The notes under the pieces: model-generated
What the model saw: the letters and a program-made list of their open reading frames with translations, nothing else
What the model was told of the DNA's origin: nothing
Databases searched by the model: none
Assembly (NCBI GenBank): GCA_040901675.1
Contig: JBBDYJ010000010.1
Location: 170,599 to 234,598 of the forward strand
Length of the DNA stretch: 64,000 bases
DNA from: Pirellulales bacterium
GTDB lineage: Bacteria; Planctomycetota; Planctomycetia; Pirellulales; JAICIG01
Direction of reading: 5' to 3'
In this document: in pieces, positions 47,680-57,532 of the stretch
How the letters are laid out: each line of letters starts with the position of its first letter
How positions within the stretch are numbered: position 1 is the first letter of the stretch
Program-made: the position numbers and the translations under genes

Positions 47680-48207
47680 CTACTCTTCGTCGTCAGGATA
47701 CTGGGGCGGGCTCTTGCCGAGTTTCTTCGTTACCTTGGGATACTTCCCGCTGGGAACCTTTTCCTCGATGGAGGTGACGTCGATCTGGTGCCACCAATCG
47801 TCGCCGAAGTCGAACCAGTAGAGGAAACTGCGGCCCATTTCGAGCCGCAACGAGTCGAGAGTGGCCTGGTCCACCCGCCCGGCCGGCCGTTTCTCGCGGC
47901 CCATGTCCATCTGCAAGGCATTGGGCAGCACGTACGTCGCTGCCCTGGGGTCCATCGGCCCCTCGCCGAATTGAAACTCGTACATGTGCTCGTCCCACCT
48001 GTCGAAGGCGCTGAAGATGGCCTGATGAAGCTGCTCGAGGGTCTGGTCGCCGCGAATCTGGATGGTCCGACAGACCTTCGGGTTCTTCTTGGCGACCTTC
48101 CTGGTAATCGGCGCCGTGAGCAGGAAGACCTCCAAGGTGTACATCCGCATGTTTTCCTGGGCGGCAGGCTCGCGGAGTTTGACCGGCGACTCGCTTTTCC
48201 GTGGCAT
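47680..48207 (-). CDS. Plasmid pRiA4b ORF-3 family protein
   Basis: RTIQIRGDQTLEQLHQAIFSAF..DEHMYEF, YWFDFGDDWWHQI, YPKV...G.SPPQY; AAGGAG RBS. Confidence 0.9.
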   Translation of the reverse strand: MPRKSESPVKLREPAAQENMRMYTLEVFLLTAPITRKVAKKNPKVCRTIQIRGDQTLEQLHQAIFSAFDRWDEHMYEFQFGEGPMDPRAATYVLPNALQMDMGREKRPAGRVDQATLDSLRLEMGRSFLYWFDFGDDWWHQIDVTSIEEKVPSGKYPKVTKKLGKSPPQYPDDEE

Positions 48208-48418
48208 TCTTGGCTCCTTTCCGGACTCGGGGCGTTTCGTTCTTGCCACCGGCCTTAACGTGCCGGCCTGCTTTGCCGGCGACCGCTCCGGCCGACGCAT
48301 GTGAATCCTTGCCGACCGCAATTAGACCGGCGCGGCATATAGCGGACAAGACGCGGGAAGGCAGAAAGAAGACCCACCATTCTGGCGAATCCGGCTACCA
48401 AGCAGATAAGATAGGGCC

Positions 48419-50644
48419 ATGAACCGCACGTTCGTCCTGGCCACTGTGGCCGCCATCTTGATTTGCCTCGCGCCGTCTTGGCCTGTTGTGGCAGGCGAGA
48501 TGGGCAACTCCGTTGCGGCCTCGGCAACACGCGGCGAGCCGATCGACTTCGCCCGCCAGGTGGCGCCGATCCTGACGCGCAAGTGTCACGGCTGCCACGG
48601 AACGAACCGGCAGGAAGGAGGCCTGCGGCTCGATTTCGAAGCGGCCGCCCGCCAAGGCGGAGATTCGGGGGCCGCGATCCTGCCGGGCAATAGCCGCAAA
48701 AGCCGCCTGGTCCGCCTGGTGTCCGGCCTGGAAGAGAGGCTCGTCATGCCGCCGGAAGGAGACGGGCTGAGTGGCTCGGAAATCGAGCTGCTCGCGGCCT
48801 GGATCGACCAGGGCGCGCAGTGGTCCGAGGATGCGGGCGGCCCGGTCCGCGCGGCGGCGGACCACTGGTCGTTTCGCCCCATTCGGCGCCCTTCGCCGCC
48901 GGCGGTGACGCGCGAGGGGTGGGTCCGCAACTCGATCGATGCTTTCGTGCTCGCGCGGCTGGAGCCGGCCGGCATGCCGCCGGCCGCCGAGGCCGACCGC
49001 TACACGCTGATCCGCCGGCTGAGCCTCGACCTGCACGGGTTGCCCCCCTCGCCGGCCGACGTCGAGGCGTTTGTCGCCGACACGCACAGCGACGCCTACG
49101 ACCGGCTGGCCGACCGTTTGCTGGCGTCGCCCCATTTCGGCGAGCGCTGGGGAAGGCACTGGCTCGACCTGGCCCGCTATGCCGACAGCAACGGATACGA
49201 CAACGACGAGCCGCGCCCGAGTGCCTGGCGCTACCGCGATTGGGTCATCGACGCCTTCAACCGCGATCTGCCCTTCGACCGCTTCACGCTCGAGCAACTG
49301 GCGGGCGACCTGCTGCCGGCCGCCACGTTCGAGCAGAAGTTGGCCACCGGCTTTCATCGCAACACGCCCACCAATACCGAAGGGGGCGTCGACCGCGAGG
49401 AGTTTCGCGTCAAGACCGTCGTCGACCGCCTGAACACGACCGGCACGGTCTGGCTGGGACTCACGGTCGGCTGCGCCGAGTGCCACAGCCACAAGTACGA
49501 TCCACTCTCACAGCGCGAGTATTACGGCCTGCTGACGTTCTTCAACAGCGCGGACGAAGTCGTCATCGAGGGGCCGGACGGCGCCAAGGCGGAGGTGCTG
49601 GCCCGCTCGCCTACGCCGCGGGCCACGCGGATTCACCTGCGCGGCGATTTTCTCAACCCGGGCGACAAGGTGCGGCCGCACACGCCGGCCGTGCTGCACT
49701 CGTTTTCGCCCTTTCCTTTGCAAAGCGATCGGCGGCAGCTCGCCCGCTGGCTCACGGCGCCGGAAAACCCGCTGACCGCCCGCGTGGCCGCGAACCGCAT
49801 TTGGCAGCACCTGTTCGGCCGCGGCCTGGTGGCGACGGTCGACGATTTTGGCACGCAAGGCCAGCCGCCCACCCATCCGGAGCTGTTGGACTGGCTGGCC
49901 AGTGAACTGGTCGACCGCCGCTGGAGCCAAAAGCAACTGATCAAGCTGATCGTCATGTCGGCCACGTACCGGCAAGCATCGACTGGAGATCCGGACAGGG
50001 CCGCAAGCGACCCGGAAAACCTGCTCCTGGCCCGGCAGAATCCGTGGCGGGTCGAGGCGGAGGTCGTCCGCGATCTGGCGCTGGGGGCCAGCGGCCTTTT
50101 GAGTCCGCGCGTGGGCGGGCCAAGCTTCTATCCGGCGCTGCCCGAAGGGGCCGACAAGGATCCGCGCTGGCAGGCCAGCCCGGCCGGCGAGCAGCACCGG
50201 CGCGGCATGTACATCTTCACCCAGCGGACGACTCCCTATCCAATGCTGGTTCAGTTCGATGCGCCCGACTCGCACGTCGCCTGCACGCGCCGCGACCGCT
50301 CGAACACGCCGCTACAGGCCCTGACGCTGCTCAACGACCCATTGTTTTTCGAGTCCGCGCAGGCCCTGGCCGAGCGCGTCTGGGTTGAGTGTGCGGGCGA
50401 CACCCGCGCGCGGATCGACTATGCCTTTCGCCTCTGCCTCGCGCGGCCGCCAAACCAGCAAGAGAGCGACCGCCTGGCAACCCTGTTCGTCGAGCAGACT
50501 CAACTCTGCCAGGCGGATAGCCAGGCGGCCCAGGCACTGGCCGGGGATCGGACGCTGCAAGGAGCAAGCCTGGCGGAGGCGGCCGCCTGGGTCGGCCTGT
50601 GCCGCACGTTGTTGAACCTGGACGAGTTGGTGACACGGCGCTGA
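48419..50644 (+). CDS. Planctomycete cytochrome c + DUF1549 + DUF1553 protein (compact form)
   Basis: VAPILTRKCHGCHG, WGRHWLDLARYADSNG, CAECHSHKYDP, HPELLDWLA, TPLQALTLLN. Confidence 0.92.
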   Translation: MNRTFVLATVAAILICLAPSWPVVAGEMGNSVAASATRGEPIDFARQVAPILTRKCHGCHGTNRQEGGLRLDFEAAARQGGDSGAAILPGNSRKSRLVRLVSGLEERLVMPPEGDGLSGSEIELLAAWIDQGAQWSEDAGGPVRAAADHWSFRPIRRPSPPAVTREGWVRNSIDAFVLARLEPAGMPPAAEADRYTLIRRLSLDLHGLPPSPADVEAFVADTHSDAYDRLADRLLASPHFGERWGRHWLDLARYADSNGYDNDEPRPSAWRYRDWVIDAFNRDLPFDRFTLEQLAGDLLPAATFEQKLATGFHRNTPTNTEGGVDREEFRVKTVVDRLNTTGTVWLGLTVGCAECHSHKYDPLSQREYYGLLTFFNSADEVVIEGPDGAKAEVLARSPTPRATRIHLRGDFLNPGDKVRPHTPAVLHSFSPFPLQSDRRQLARWLTAPENPLTARVAANRIWQHLFGRGLVATVDDFGTQGQPPTHPELLDWLASELVDRRWSQKQLIKLIVMSATYRQASTGDPDRAASDPENLLLARQNPWRVEAEVVRDLALGASGLLSPRVGGPSFYPALPEGADKDPRWQASPAGEQHRRGMYIFTQRTTPYPMLVQFDAPDSHVACTRRDRSNTPLQALTLLNDPLFFESAQALAERVWVECAGDTRARIDYAFRLCLARPPNQQESDRLATLFVEQTQLCQADSQAAQALAGDRTLQGASLAEAAAWVGLCRTLLNLDELVTRR

Positions 50645-50657
50645 ACGGTGAACAACA

Positions 50658-52133
50658 ATGAACGACTGGCGGGAATTGGCTACTCAGTCGCGCAGAGGCT
50701 TCTTGACCAGCACGGCCGGCGGCATTGGAGGCGCGGCGCTGGCATCGCTCCTGGCCGGCGAGCTGAGTGCGAGCGAGCCCAGCCAGCACGAAGCCGCTGG
50801 AATGCCGGCCGGCGAGGATGGGCGGTTTGCTCCGCGGCCGCCGCACTTCCGGCCCAGTGCGACGCATTGCATTTTTATCTACCTGTACGGGGGCATCAGC
50901 CAACTCGATCTGTTCGATCCGAAGCCGAAGCTGGCCGAGCTGGATGGCCAGCCGCTGCCCGAGTCGCTGGCCGCCAACGTGCGGTTCGCCTTCGTCAAGA
51001 AGGACACGGCCCGCTTCCTGGCCAGCCCGCGCAAGTTCAGCCGGCACGGCCAGTGCGGCATGGAGATTTCGGAGCTGCTGCCGCATCTGGCCGGCTGCGT
51101 GGATGAGATCGCCCTGGTCCGCTCGATGCACACCGAGGCGTTCAACCATGCTCCGGGCGAGCTGATGACCAACACGGGCACGCTCGCCTCCGGACATCCC
51201 AGCGTGGGGGCCTGGCTCAGCTACGGGCTGGGCAGCGAGTCGACTGACTTGCCGGGCTACGTGGTGCTGATCCTGGGCGAGCGCATCAAGGCCTACACCT
51301 GGTCGAATGGTTTCCTGCCTTCGGTCCACCAGGGAGTGCGGCTGGGCAGCCAGGGCGAGCCGGTCCACAACCTGCACCGGCCGGCCGGCATGACCCCGGC
51401 GATCGACCGCAGCCAGCTCGACGCCATCCGCGACCTGAACCTGCTGAGCTATAGGCATCTGGGAGACCCGGAGATTGCGGCGCGGATCGCGGCCTACGAG
51501 CTGGCGTTTCGGATGCAGTCGGCGGCGCCGGAGTTGATCGACCTGTCGGCCGAGACCGCCGGCACGCTCAACTCGTATGGCACGGACCGCCCCGACGCTG
51601 ACGCCAAGACGTTCGCCACGCAATGCCTCTTGGCCCGCCGCCTGGTCGAGCGCGGCGTGCGCTTCGTGAACCTGATCCACAGCAACTGGGACCAGCACAA
51701 AGACCTCGACAGGGACCTGGCCCGCAACTGCCTGGTGGTCGACCAGCCGATCGCGGCCCTGCTGAAGGACCTGAAGCAGCGCGGTCTGTTCGATACCACG
51801 CTGGTGGTGGTCTGCACGGAGTTCGGCCGCACGCCCGTCTCGGACAACGGCCAGAAGCCCGACATGCCCAACGGCCGCGACCATCATCCCTCGGCTTTCA
51901 GCGTCTGGATGGCCGGTGGCGGCGTGCGAGGCGGCCAGGTGATCGGCCAGACCGACGAGTTCGGTTGGAACGTCGTGGAAGACCCGGTCCACGTCAACGA
52001 CTTCCATGCCACGATTCTGCACCTGTTCGGACTCGACCATTTGAAGTTGACTTATCGCTTCAAGGGACGCGATTTCCGCCTGACCGACGTGGGCGGCAAG
52101 GTGGTGCACAAACTGTTGAGGTCCGTGTCATGA
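50658..52133 (+). CDS. DUF1501 family protein with Tat motif
   Basis: SRRGFL, GGISQLDLFDPKP, CLLARRLVERGVRF, EFGRTP, GRDHH. Confidence 0.93.
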   Translation: MNDWRELATQSRRGFLTSTAGGIGGAALASLLAGELSASEPSQHEAAGMPAGEDGRFAPRPPHFRPSATHCIFIYLYGGISQLDLFDPKPKLAELDGQPLPESLAANVRFAFVKKDTARFLASPRKFSRHGQCGMEISELLPHLAGCVDEIALVRSMHTEAFNHAPGELMTNTGTLASGHPSVGAWLSYGLGSESTDLPGYVVLILGERIKAYTWSNGFLPSVHQGVRLGSQGEPVHNLHRPAGMTPAIDRSQLDAIRDLNLLSYRHLGDPEIAARIAAYELAFRMQSAAPELIDLSAETAGTLNSYGTDRPDADAKTFATQCLLARRLVERGVRFVNLIHSNWDQHKDLDRDLARNCLVVDQPIAALLKDLKQRGLFDTTLVVVCTEFGRTPVSDNGQKPDMPNGRDHHPSAFSVWMAGGGVRGGQVIGQTDEFGWNVVEDPVHVNDFHATILHLFGLDHLKLTYRFKGRDFRLTDVGGKVVHKLLRSVS

Positions 52134-53848
52134 CAACCACGCCCGATTGGCTGGAACGCTTGAACAAGGCAACCAATTATCAGCAGCTCCGCGAGATTCT
52201 CGCCGAGTTGACCGCCGACGTGCGGGACGGGGAGAACCCGGAGCTGGCCCACGGCATCGACGAGGCCGTCAGGCGCCTGGAAGTCGAGCGCAGCGACGAC
52301 CAGGAGGAGCTGCGCGAGATCCAGGCCCGTTACGAGTCGTTCAAGGAAGAACACCGGGGGCTGATCGGCTGGATCATGCGGCACCTTCCATTTACCAGCA
52401 CGCGGCGGAAGGAGATCGAGCATCGCCGCGGAGTGGCCGACCAGGAGGCCGAGATCCTGGCCGACAGCCTGGTGATTGCCCGCCTGCGAATGTTCAAGGA
52501 GCGGATCCTGCCGACAACCGAGCGCAAGTTGGGGTTGCGGCCCCACGATTGGGAGGCCCGGCTGAAACAAGCGTCGGCGAAATACAGGCCAGAACAGTTG
52601 GCTCCCCTGATCAAGGACCTGTTGGCCGAGCAGGACGACTCGCGAGCCTTTTCACAAGAGCTGAAAAGCGAGGTGGACGCCTTTGAGCAGGCCAAGTTCC
52701 AGAGTGCCGACGACCGGGAGCGGCGCGACGCGGATCTGGCACAGGCCAGGCGAGAATTGGCCGAAATCGAAAGCGAGATCGACCTCGAGGCTCAACTCAA
52801 GCAGGAAGCCTTCTCGGACTTTGGCCGAGCCGTCAGAGTGGATCTCGAGGTCACCAACCCCGAATTCCGCCAGGACGGCGAGAAAGCGATCATCCTCGAG
52901 GCAGGGTTGGCCGACCTGGACAAGGCCAGCACGGCCACTGCTGCCTTGACGGCCCAGGCCGGCACGGTCCGCGGCCTGGCCCGCGAGCTTGCCAGCCTGC
53001 CGGATGAGCTCGACCGGCTGCGCGATTCGATCAATCGCCAGGAGGGGAAGCGGGGCGAACTGGCGGCGCAGTGCGCCCGCGCCAGCGGCATCGTCGACGA
53101 GCGGCGGAGCCGATGGGAAGAAGCCGATGCCGCGGTCAAACGCCAGCAGCACGTGCTGGCCGGCGCCAAGCAGGCCTACGACGCCTACCAGGCCCAGCAA
53201 AAGAGCGAACAGGCCATGCCCGTCGCCGTCGAGGCTGACACGACCTCGCCCATGTGGCGGCAATACAGCGAAGCGCAGGCGGCGCTGGCGGCCGCCGAAG
53301 CCCGGCGCAACCAGGCCGCGGCGCCTTACGAAAGCGCCAAACGTGAGGCGGCGGCCGCGCAGGCGGCGCTCGACAAGCTGACTGGAGAGCTGACAGGCTT
53401 GCGGTCGCAACTCGACAAACGCCAAGAGAGCGAACCAAGACTGCGCCGCGAGCTGGACGAAGCCAGAGGGGCATGCCAGACGGCTTTCTCGACGGCCGCG
53501 TTGGCTCTCGGCGGGTTTTTGAGGCTACCTTGGCCCGCCGCGCGGCCGCCGTTTCGCCCGGAAGAGCTGGCGCCCGGCACCTTCGGCTGGCTGGCCGAGC
53601 AGGGGCTCCAGGGCGAGCTGGCCGAGGCGCTGGTCGACAACGACCAGCAGCGTCAGTCGCAGGCGCTGGCCGTGCTGGATGCGATTTCACGGTGGCAAGG
53701 CGGGCAGCGCGAGGCGCTGGACCGCGAGCGATCGGCCGCCCGCCAGCGCCGCGACGCGGTCTGGGAGCGCCGCTGCCTCGAGCTGTTAGGCGACGCACTG
53801 ACCGAAGAGGCCCGCACAGGATCGCCGTCCGATGCCGCCCGGCAGTGA
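52130..53848 (+). CDS. Long coiled-coil hypothetical protein
   Basis: ATG overlaps the DUF1501 stop (ATGA); Ala/Glu/Arg-rich heptad sequence throughout; no ATPase motifs seen. Confidence 0.75.
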   Translation: MTTTPDWLERLNKATNYQQLREILAELTADVRDGENPELAHGIDEAVRRLEVERSDDQEELREIQARYESFKEEHRGLIGWIMRHLPFTSTRRKEIEHRRGVADQEAEILADSLVIARLRMFKERILPTTERKLGLRPHDWEARLKQASAKYRPEQLAPLIKDLLAEQDDSRAFSQELKSEVDAFEQAKFQSADDRERRDADLAQARRELAEIESEIDLEAQLKQEAFSDFGRAVRVDLEVTNPEFRQDGEKAIILEAGLADLDKASTATAALTAQAGTVRGLARELASLPDELDRLRDSINRQEGKRGELAAQCARASGIVDERRSRWEEADAAVKRQQHVLAGAKQAYDAYQAQQKSEQAMPVAVEADTTSPMWRQYSEAQAALAAAEARRNQAAAPYESAKREAAAAQAALDKLTGELTGLRSQLDKRQESEPRLRRELDEARGACQTAFSTAALALGGFLRLPWPAARPPFRPEELAPGTFGWLAEQGLQGELAEALVDNDQQRQSQALAVLDAISRWQGGQREALDRERSAARQRRDAVWERRCLELLGDALTEEARTGSPSDAARQ

Positions 53849-53974
53849 AAGATTTCGATATTGTGCGGTTCTTGTGCTGCTTGAGCTATTATTTCAGTGC
53901 CGTTGGACCACGAACCTTCGAGTTGGTGCGCGGGTCGCAAGGCGGGAACAACAATCTTTGCCGTGGAGAAGATC

Positions 53975-54820
53975 ATGAATCGCGGATCGCACGTCGGCGG
54001 GAGGCACGGCCGCGGCTCGGCCCTATTGCGCGTCTTCGTTGTCGGCGGTTTTGGGCTATTGCTCGCCGGCTGCAGCTCCAGGCCGACGATGACCGGGTAT
54101 TGGGAGGGGAGCGGACGCGCCGTGGAAGTGCCGATGAAAGACGACTTCAAGGAACTGCGGCGAAGCGCGGATTTCACGTTCTGGTTCGTGTTGGACGGCG
54201 AGGGCAGCGCGCGAGGCGAGATCGAGCTGGTCTACGATGCCGAACTGAAGGTCGAGAATCTTCCGCAGATGGACCTGGGTTGGATCAGTTTCAGGCCCCA
54301 GGTGGGTGGCAAGGTGACCGACCTGGATCCGCGGCGCCGTTTTCCGATTGTGGGCGTGCGTGATGGGAGCAATTTGATCCTCGCAATTGCCACCGCGGAT
54401 GCCGACCGCAAGCCCTTGGAGTTCACCATGCGCAGCACGCCCGGCGTCGGCGTCAGAATGGGCGGCGGGCTGGGCGGGGCCGTGGCCGCCACGGGACCAG
54501 CGGGCGGCGCGGGGGACACTCAAAAAATACCGATGACTCCGTTCACTCCCTTTGGAGGTCCCGCCACAATCGAAAAGCGCCCCAAGGGTCCCTTCGCGGC
54601 CAGGTACGAATCGCGCTCCGACAGTGCCGTCACCACCTGGAGCGCGGCTCAGGCGGGAGGCGAGCAACGGAAAGTCGAAGCCACGCCGGAGCTGGAACGC
54701 GCGCTCTTGGAACTTCGAGAAAGCCTGGCGCCCGACGGCGAAGGCGGCGCGGGCGCCGACGACGGGGATGGAGGAGGAGAGGGCGAGTTTGACCCGAATG
54801 CCCCGTACCCCAACGTTTGA
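53975..54820 (+). CDS. Putative lipoprotein
   Basis: GGAG RBS, hydrophobic stretch ending in lipobox LLAGC; acidic Gly-rich tail. Confidence 0.7.
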   Translation: MNRGSHVGGRHGRGSALLRVFVVGGFGLLLAGCSSRPTMTGYWEGSGRAVEVPMKDDFKELRRSADFTFWFVLDGEGSARGEIELVYDAELKVENLPQMDLGWISFRPQVGGKVTDLDPRRRFPIVGVRDGSNLILAIATADADRKPLEFTMRSTPGVGVRMGGGLGGAVAATGPAGGAGDTQKIPMTPFTPFGGPATIEKRPKGPFAARYESRSDSAVTTWSAAQAGGEQRKVEATPELERALLELRESLAPDGEGGAGADDGDGGGEGEFDPNAPYPNV

Positions 54821-54850
54821 ACGCGCCTGGAATGCTTGGTTCGGTCGAAA

Positions 54851-54957
54851 GCGGCCCGAATTCTGGCGAATCCGGCTACCAGCAGCGGCCCGAGTTTTCT
54901 GGCGAAATCCGGCTACCAGCAGCGGCCCGAATTCTGGCGAATCCGAATCCGGCTACG
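54851..54957. repeat. Three tandem copies of a GTAG-type REP-like unit (gcggcccgaattctggcgaatccggctac)
   Basis: Read directly; related copies at 48380-48398, 59454-59510 (reverse, x2), 59641-59663 and 8531-8546. Confidence 0.9.
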
Positions 54958-54964
54958 AGAAGGC

Positions 54965-55822
54965 TCACTTGAACGCCTCGATGATCGCGCAGTTGTCGGC
55001 ATCGCCTAGTCCGGCGTCCGCCAGGCGCTGGAGCAGCTCGCGGTGCAGCGCGGACAAAGGCAGCTTGGCGCCGTCCCGCTCGCCGGACGCGAGAATCAAG
55101 CCCACGTCCTTCAGGTGCTGCGACAGCCGCGCTTCGGGCGTGAAGTCGCCGTCGATCATCTTGCGCCCCTTGCTGTCCATCGCACGCGAATAGGTGGCGC
55201 TCGACGCGAGCACCTCCAGCGCTTGAACCTGGTCGAGTCCCAGGCGGCCGGCCAGTGCCAGACCTTCGGCCAGGGCCGCCCGGTTCAAGCCCAGCACCAG
55301 GTTGAAGACCAGCTTCATCCGCGCCCCGCTGCCCCAACTGCCCAGGTAGAACGATTGGCGGGCAAAGCTCGACAGCAGGTCCTGGCAGTCCTGGAACACC
55401 GAGCGGCGGCCACCGACCATGGCGATCGCCTGGCCGTTGCGTGCCATGGAACTGGAGCCGCCCACCGTGGCATCGAGGTAATCGACGCCGTCGTGCGCTA
55501 GTGTCTGGGCCACCGCAAGGCTGGCCGCCGGATCGCCCGTCGTCGTGTCGACCACCACGTGGCCCGGCCGGAGCAGGCGGCCCATCTGGGAGACAACCGC
55601 GGCAACCACGTCGCTGTCGGGGAGGCACAGCAGAACATGGTCTACGTCGGCGGCCAGCGCGCCGGGCGATTGCGCCCGACGCAGACCCGCTTTTTCGAGC
55701 GAGTCCATCCGCGCCGGGTCGATGTCGTAACCGAAGACCAGGAAACCCACGGCAACCAAACGTTCGACAATCGCGCTGCCCAACAACCCGAGGCCCACCA
55801 CCCCGATCGTCCCGCGCTGCAC
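54965..55822 (-). CDS. NAD(P)-dependent beta-hydroxyacid dehydrogenase (3-hydroxyisobutyrate dehydrogenase family)
   Basis: IGVVGLGLLG, YLDATVGG, GSGARMKLVFN, KDVGLIL; GAGGAGG RBS before GTG. Confidence 0.92.
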   Translation of the reverse strand: MQRGTIGVVGLGLLGSAIVERLVAVGFLVFGYDIDPARMDSLEKAGLRRAQSPGALAADVDHVLLCLPDSDVVAAVVSQMGRLLRPGHVVVDTTTGDPAASLAVAQTLAHDGVDYLDATVGGSSSMARNGQAIAMVGGRRSVFQDCQDLLSSFARQSFYLGSWGSGARMKLVFNLVLGLNRAALAEGLALAGRLGLDQVQALEVLASSATYSRAMDSKGRKMIDGDFTPEARLSQHLKDVGLILASGERDGAKLPLSALHRELLQRLADAGLGDADNCAIIEAFK

Positions 55823-56037
55823 GGATACGCCTCCTCTTGCCTCCCCCGATTGATCAAGCGGATGCCAACCCAGAATGCCGACATGATAGCCAGGATTCCA
55901 AAATCCGGCCAGCAATTGCCCCCCCCATGCCTGTGCCGTAGTCGGTCAGTTTGAACTGGCTGAGGTGTATGGGCCTCCTGCCAAAGAGAATTCCCTAGAC
56001 CCTAGACGACACCCGTCTCGATCAATAGCATGTAAGC

Positions 56038-56301
56038 ATGCCTAAACGCTCAAGCAAGCAGAAAGACGCGCAGCAACTCGGCCGCCAGGTGCTCAACGCC
56101 GTGGTCCCCGATGCCGACCCGGTCCGGCCCGCAACGGCAGCGAAAGCAAAGAATCCGGCCGCCGTCGCCTTGGGCCGACTCGGGGGTGCCAAGGGCGGGA
56201 AGGCGAGGGCCAAGAAGCTGACGGCCGAGCAGCGCACCAACATCGCACGGAAAGCTGCTCAGAAGCGATGGGCTAAAACAATCGTCCCTGATCATCATTA
56301 G
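56038..56301 (+). CDS. Small basic protein (KNPAAVALGRLGG.KGGKARA family)
   Basis: 87 aa, KNPAAVALGRLGGAKGGKARAKKLTAEQRTNIARKAAQKRW. Confidence 0.75.
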   Translation: MPKRSSKQKDAQQLGRQVLNAVVPDADPVRPATAAKAKNPAAVALGRLGGAKGGKARAKKLTAEQRTNIARKAAQKRWAKTIVPDHH

Positions 56302-57532
56302 GATCACGGGTTGCGCGCAAGTCGTCGTCTGAAAGAATGCCTTCGTCTAGCCCTTTCATTACGACGAATGGCTGCATAAGCGGGTTATCAAAACGAAATC
56401 GTGGTCGGTTTGCCCAGTCCATCTTCTTTAAAACCGGTCCCCTTTCCGGCTCACTGAACGCGTGAAGGTGTCGTGCGAACGCTTCGATTCCATATACCCG
56501 CTTCAGAATTCGCTCAAGCGGTTCGCGAACGTCTGATGGGGCGAAATACCCGAACTCATCAGTTCGTGCAAGCGCGCATGCCAAGAGTACCTGCTTGTAG
56601 AGGGCGTTCTTCTTTGTGCTGATTGTTGCTTTGCTGTAGGCGCTTTGAATGGTAACTTGCGCCCGTGATGTCGCGGTACGTGCGGCGGTGGAAACGTGGC
56701 CTTGAGTGATCGTCTTCAATCCCTCCTCCACTGCGAGACGGCCGGCGTGAAGCCCAAGCAGGTGCGCGTATTGCGGCAAGCCAATGGCAATGCGAGACAC
56801 TTCGTGAAGACCACCACGCTCAATCGTCATGCCGGCTTTACCGAGTGAAGTCGTCACGATGGCCTCGATTTCATCTCGCGACATCCGCGGCATCCTCACC
56901 TGCGCGACGCATCGTTCGATTGAACGGTGCTCTGCTATCAAAGTCTCGACGTCATCCGCGACGCCAATCAAAACAATAGTGCCAGGAATATTGCGATCGG
57001 AGAAATACTTGATCGTCTCAGCCATATGTTGCCGTGTTGCATCGTCGGTAATGGTATCGAATTCGTCGATGATCAAGATCACGACCATATTGGCGTCGGA
57101 TAGGTCGGTGACGATCCGACGCGCCATTTCCGATGTGAAGTCAATCCGCAGTTCGTTTTGGAAGTCGTAGACGGCCTTCTTGACGGACCTTGGGAGCGCG
57201 ATCTTATCCTTATCCGCCCGATAGGCAATGTCGTCCAGGAGCGCCGTCCAGATCGCGTTTGAATCGACCTTGCCAGTGCAGTTAACGTGAGGTGCCAACA
57301 CATGGGCGCCCGGACATTGCGCGCGAAACATCAGCATATTGGCAAGCGAAGTCTTCCCGACGCCCCGCTCACCGTACAAGATCACGTGCTGTCCGGGCTG
57401 GTTGATGGCATCCAATATCTCCCGAGCCTGGGCACGACGACCCGAAAACAGGTCTTCGCGGTTGATCGGCATCGTCGGCTTGAAATATTGTCCGAGGCTG
57501 AATTCAAGCTCTTCACGCTCACTTGAAGACAT
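56273..57532 (-). CDS. Cdc6/ORC1-like AAA ATPase with probable C-terminal winged helix
   Basis: FSGR, Walker A YGERGVGKTS, Walker B LIIDEFD, GLPQYAHLL; codon use more AT-rich than flanks; start could be 57538. Confidence 0.8.
   Translation of the reverse strand: MSSSEREELEFSLGQYFKPTMPINREDLFSGRRAQAREILDAINQPGQHVILYGERGVGKTSLANMLMFRAQCPGAHVLAPHVNCTGKVDSNAIWTALLDDIAYRADKDKIALPRSVKKAVYDFQNELRIDFTSEMARRIVTDLSDANMVVILIIDEFDTITDDATRQHMAETIKYFSDRNIPGTIVLIGVADDVETLIAEHRSIERCVAQVRMPRMSRDEIEAIVTTSLGKAGMTIERGGLHEVSRIAIGLPQYAHLLGLHAGRLAVEEGLKTITQGHVSTAARTATSRAQVTIQSAYSKATISTKKNALYKQVLLACALARTDEFGYFAPSDVREPLERILKRVYGIEAFARHLHAFSEPERGPVLKKMDWANRPRFRFDNPLMQPFVVMKGLDEGILSDDDLRATRDPNDDQGRLF

Noticed and set aside
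54851..54957. Possible mini CRISPR array
   Set aside because: Units are directly adjacent with no unique spacers, no cas genes are present, and the motif is dispersed elsewhere like a REP.
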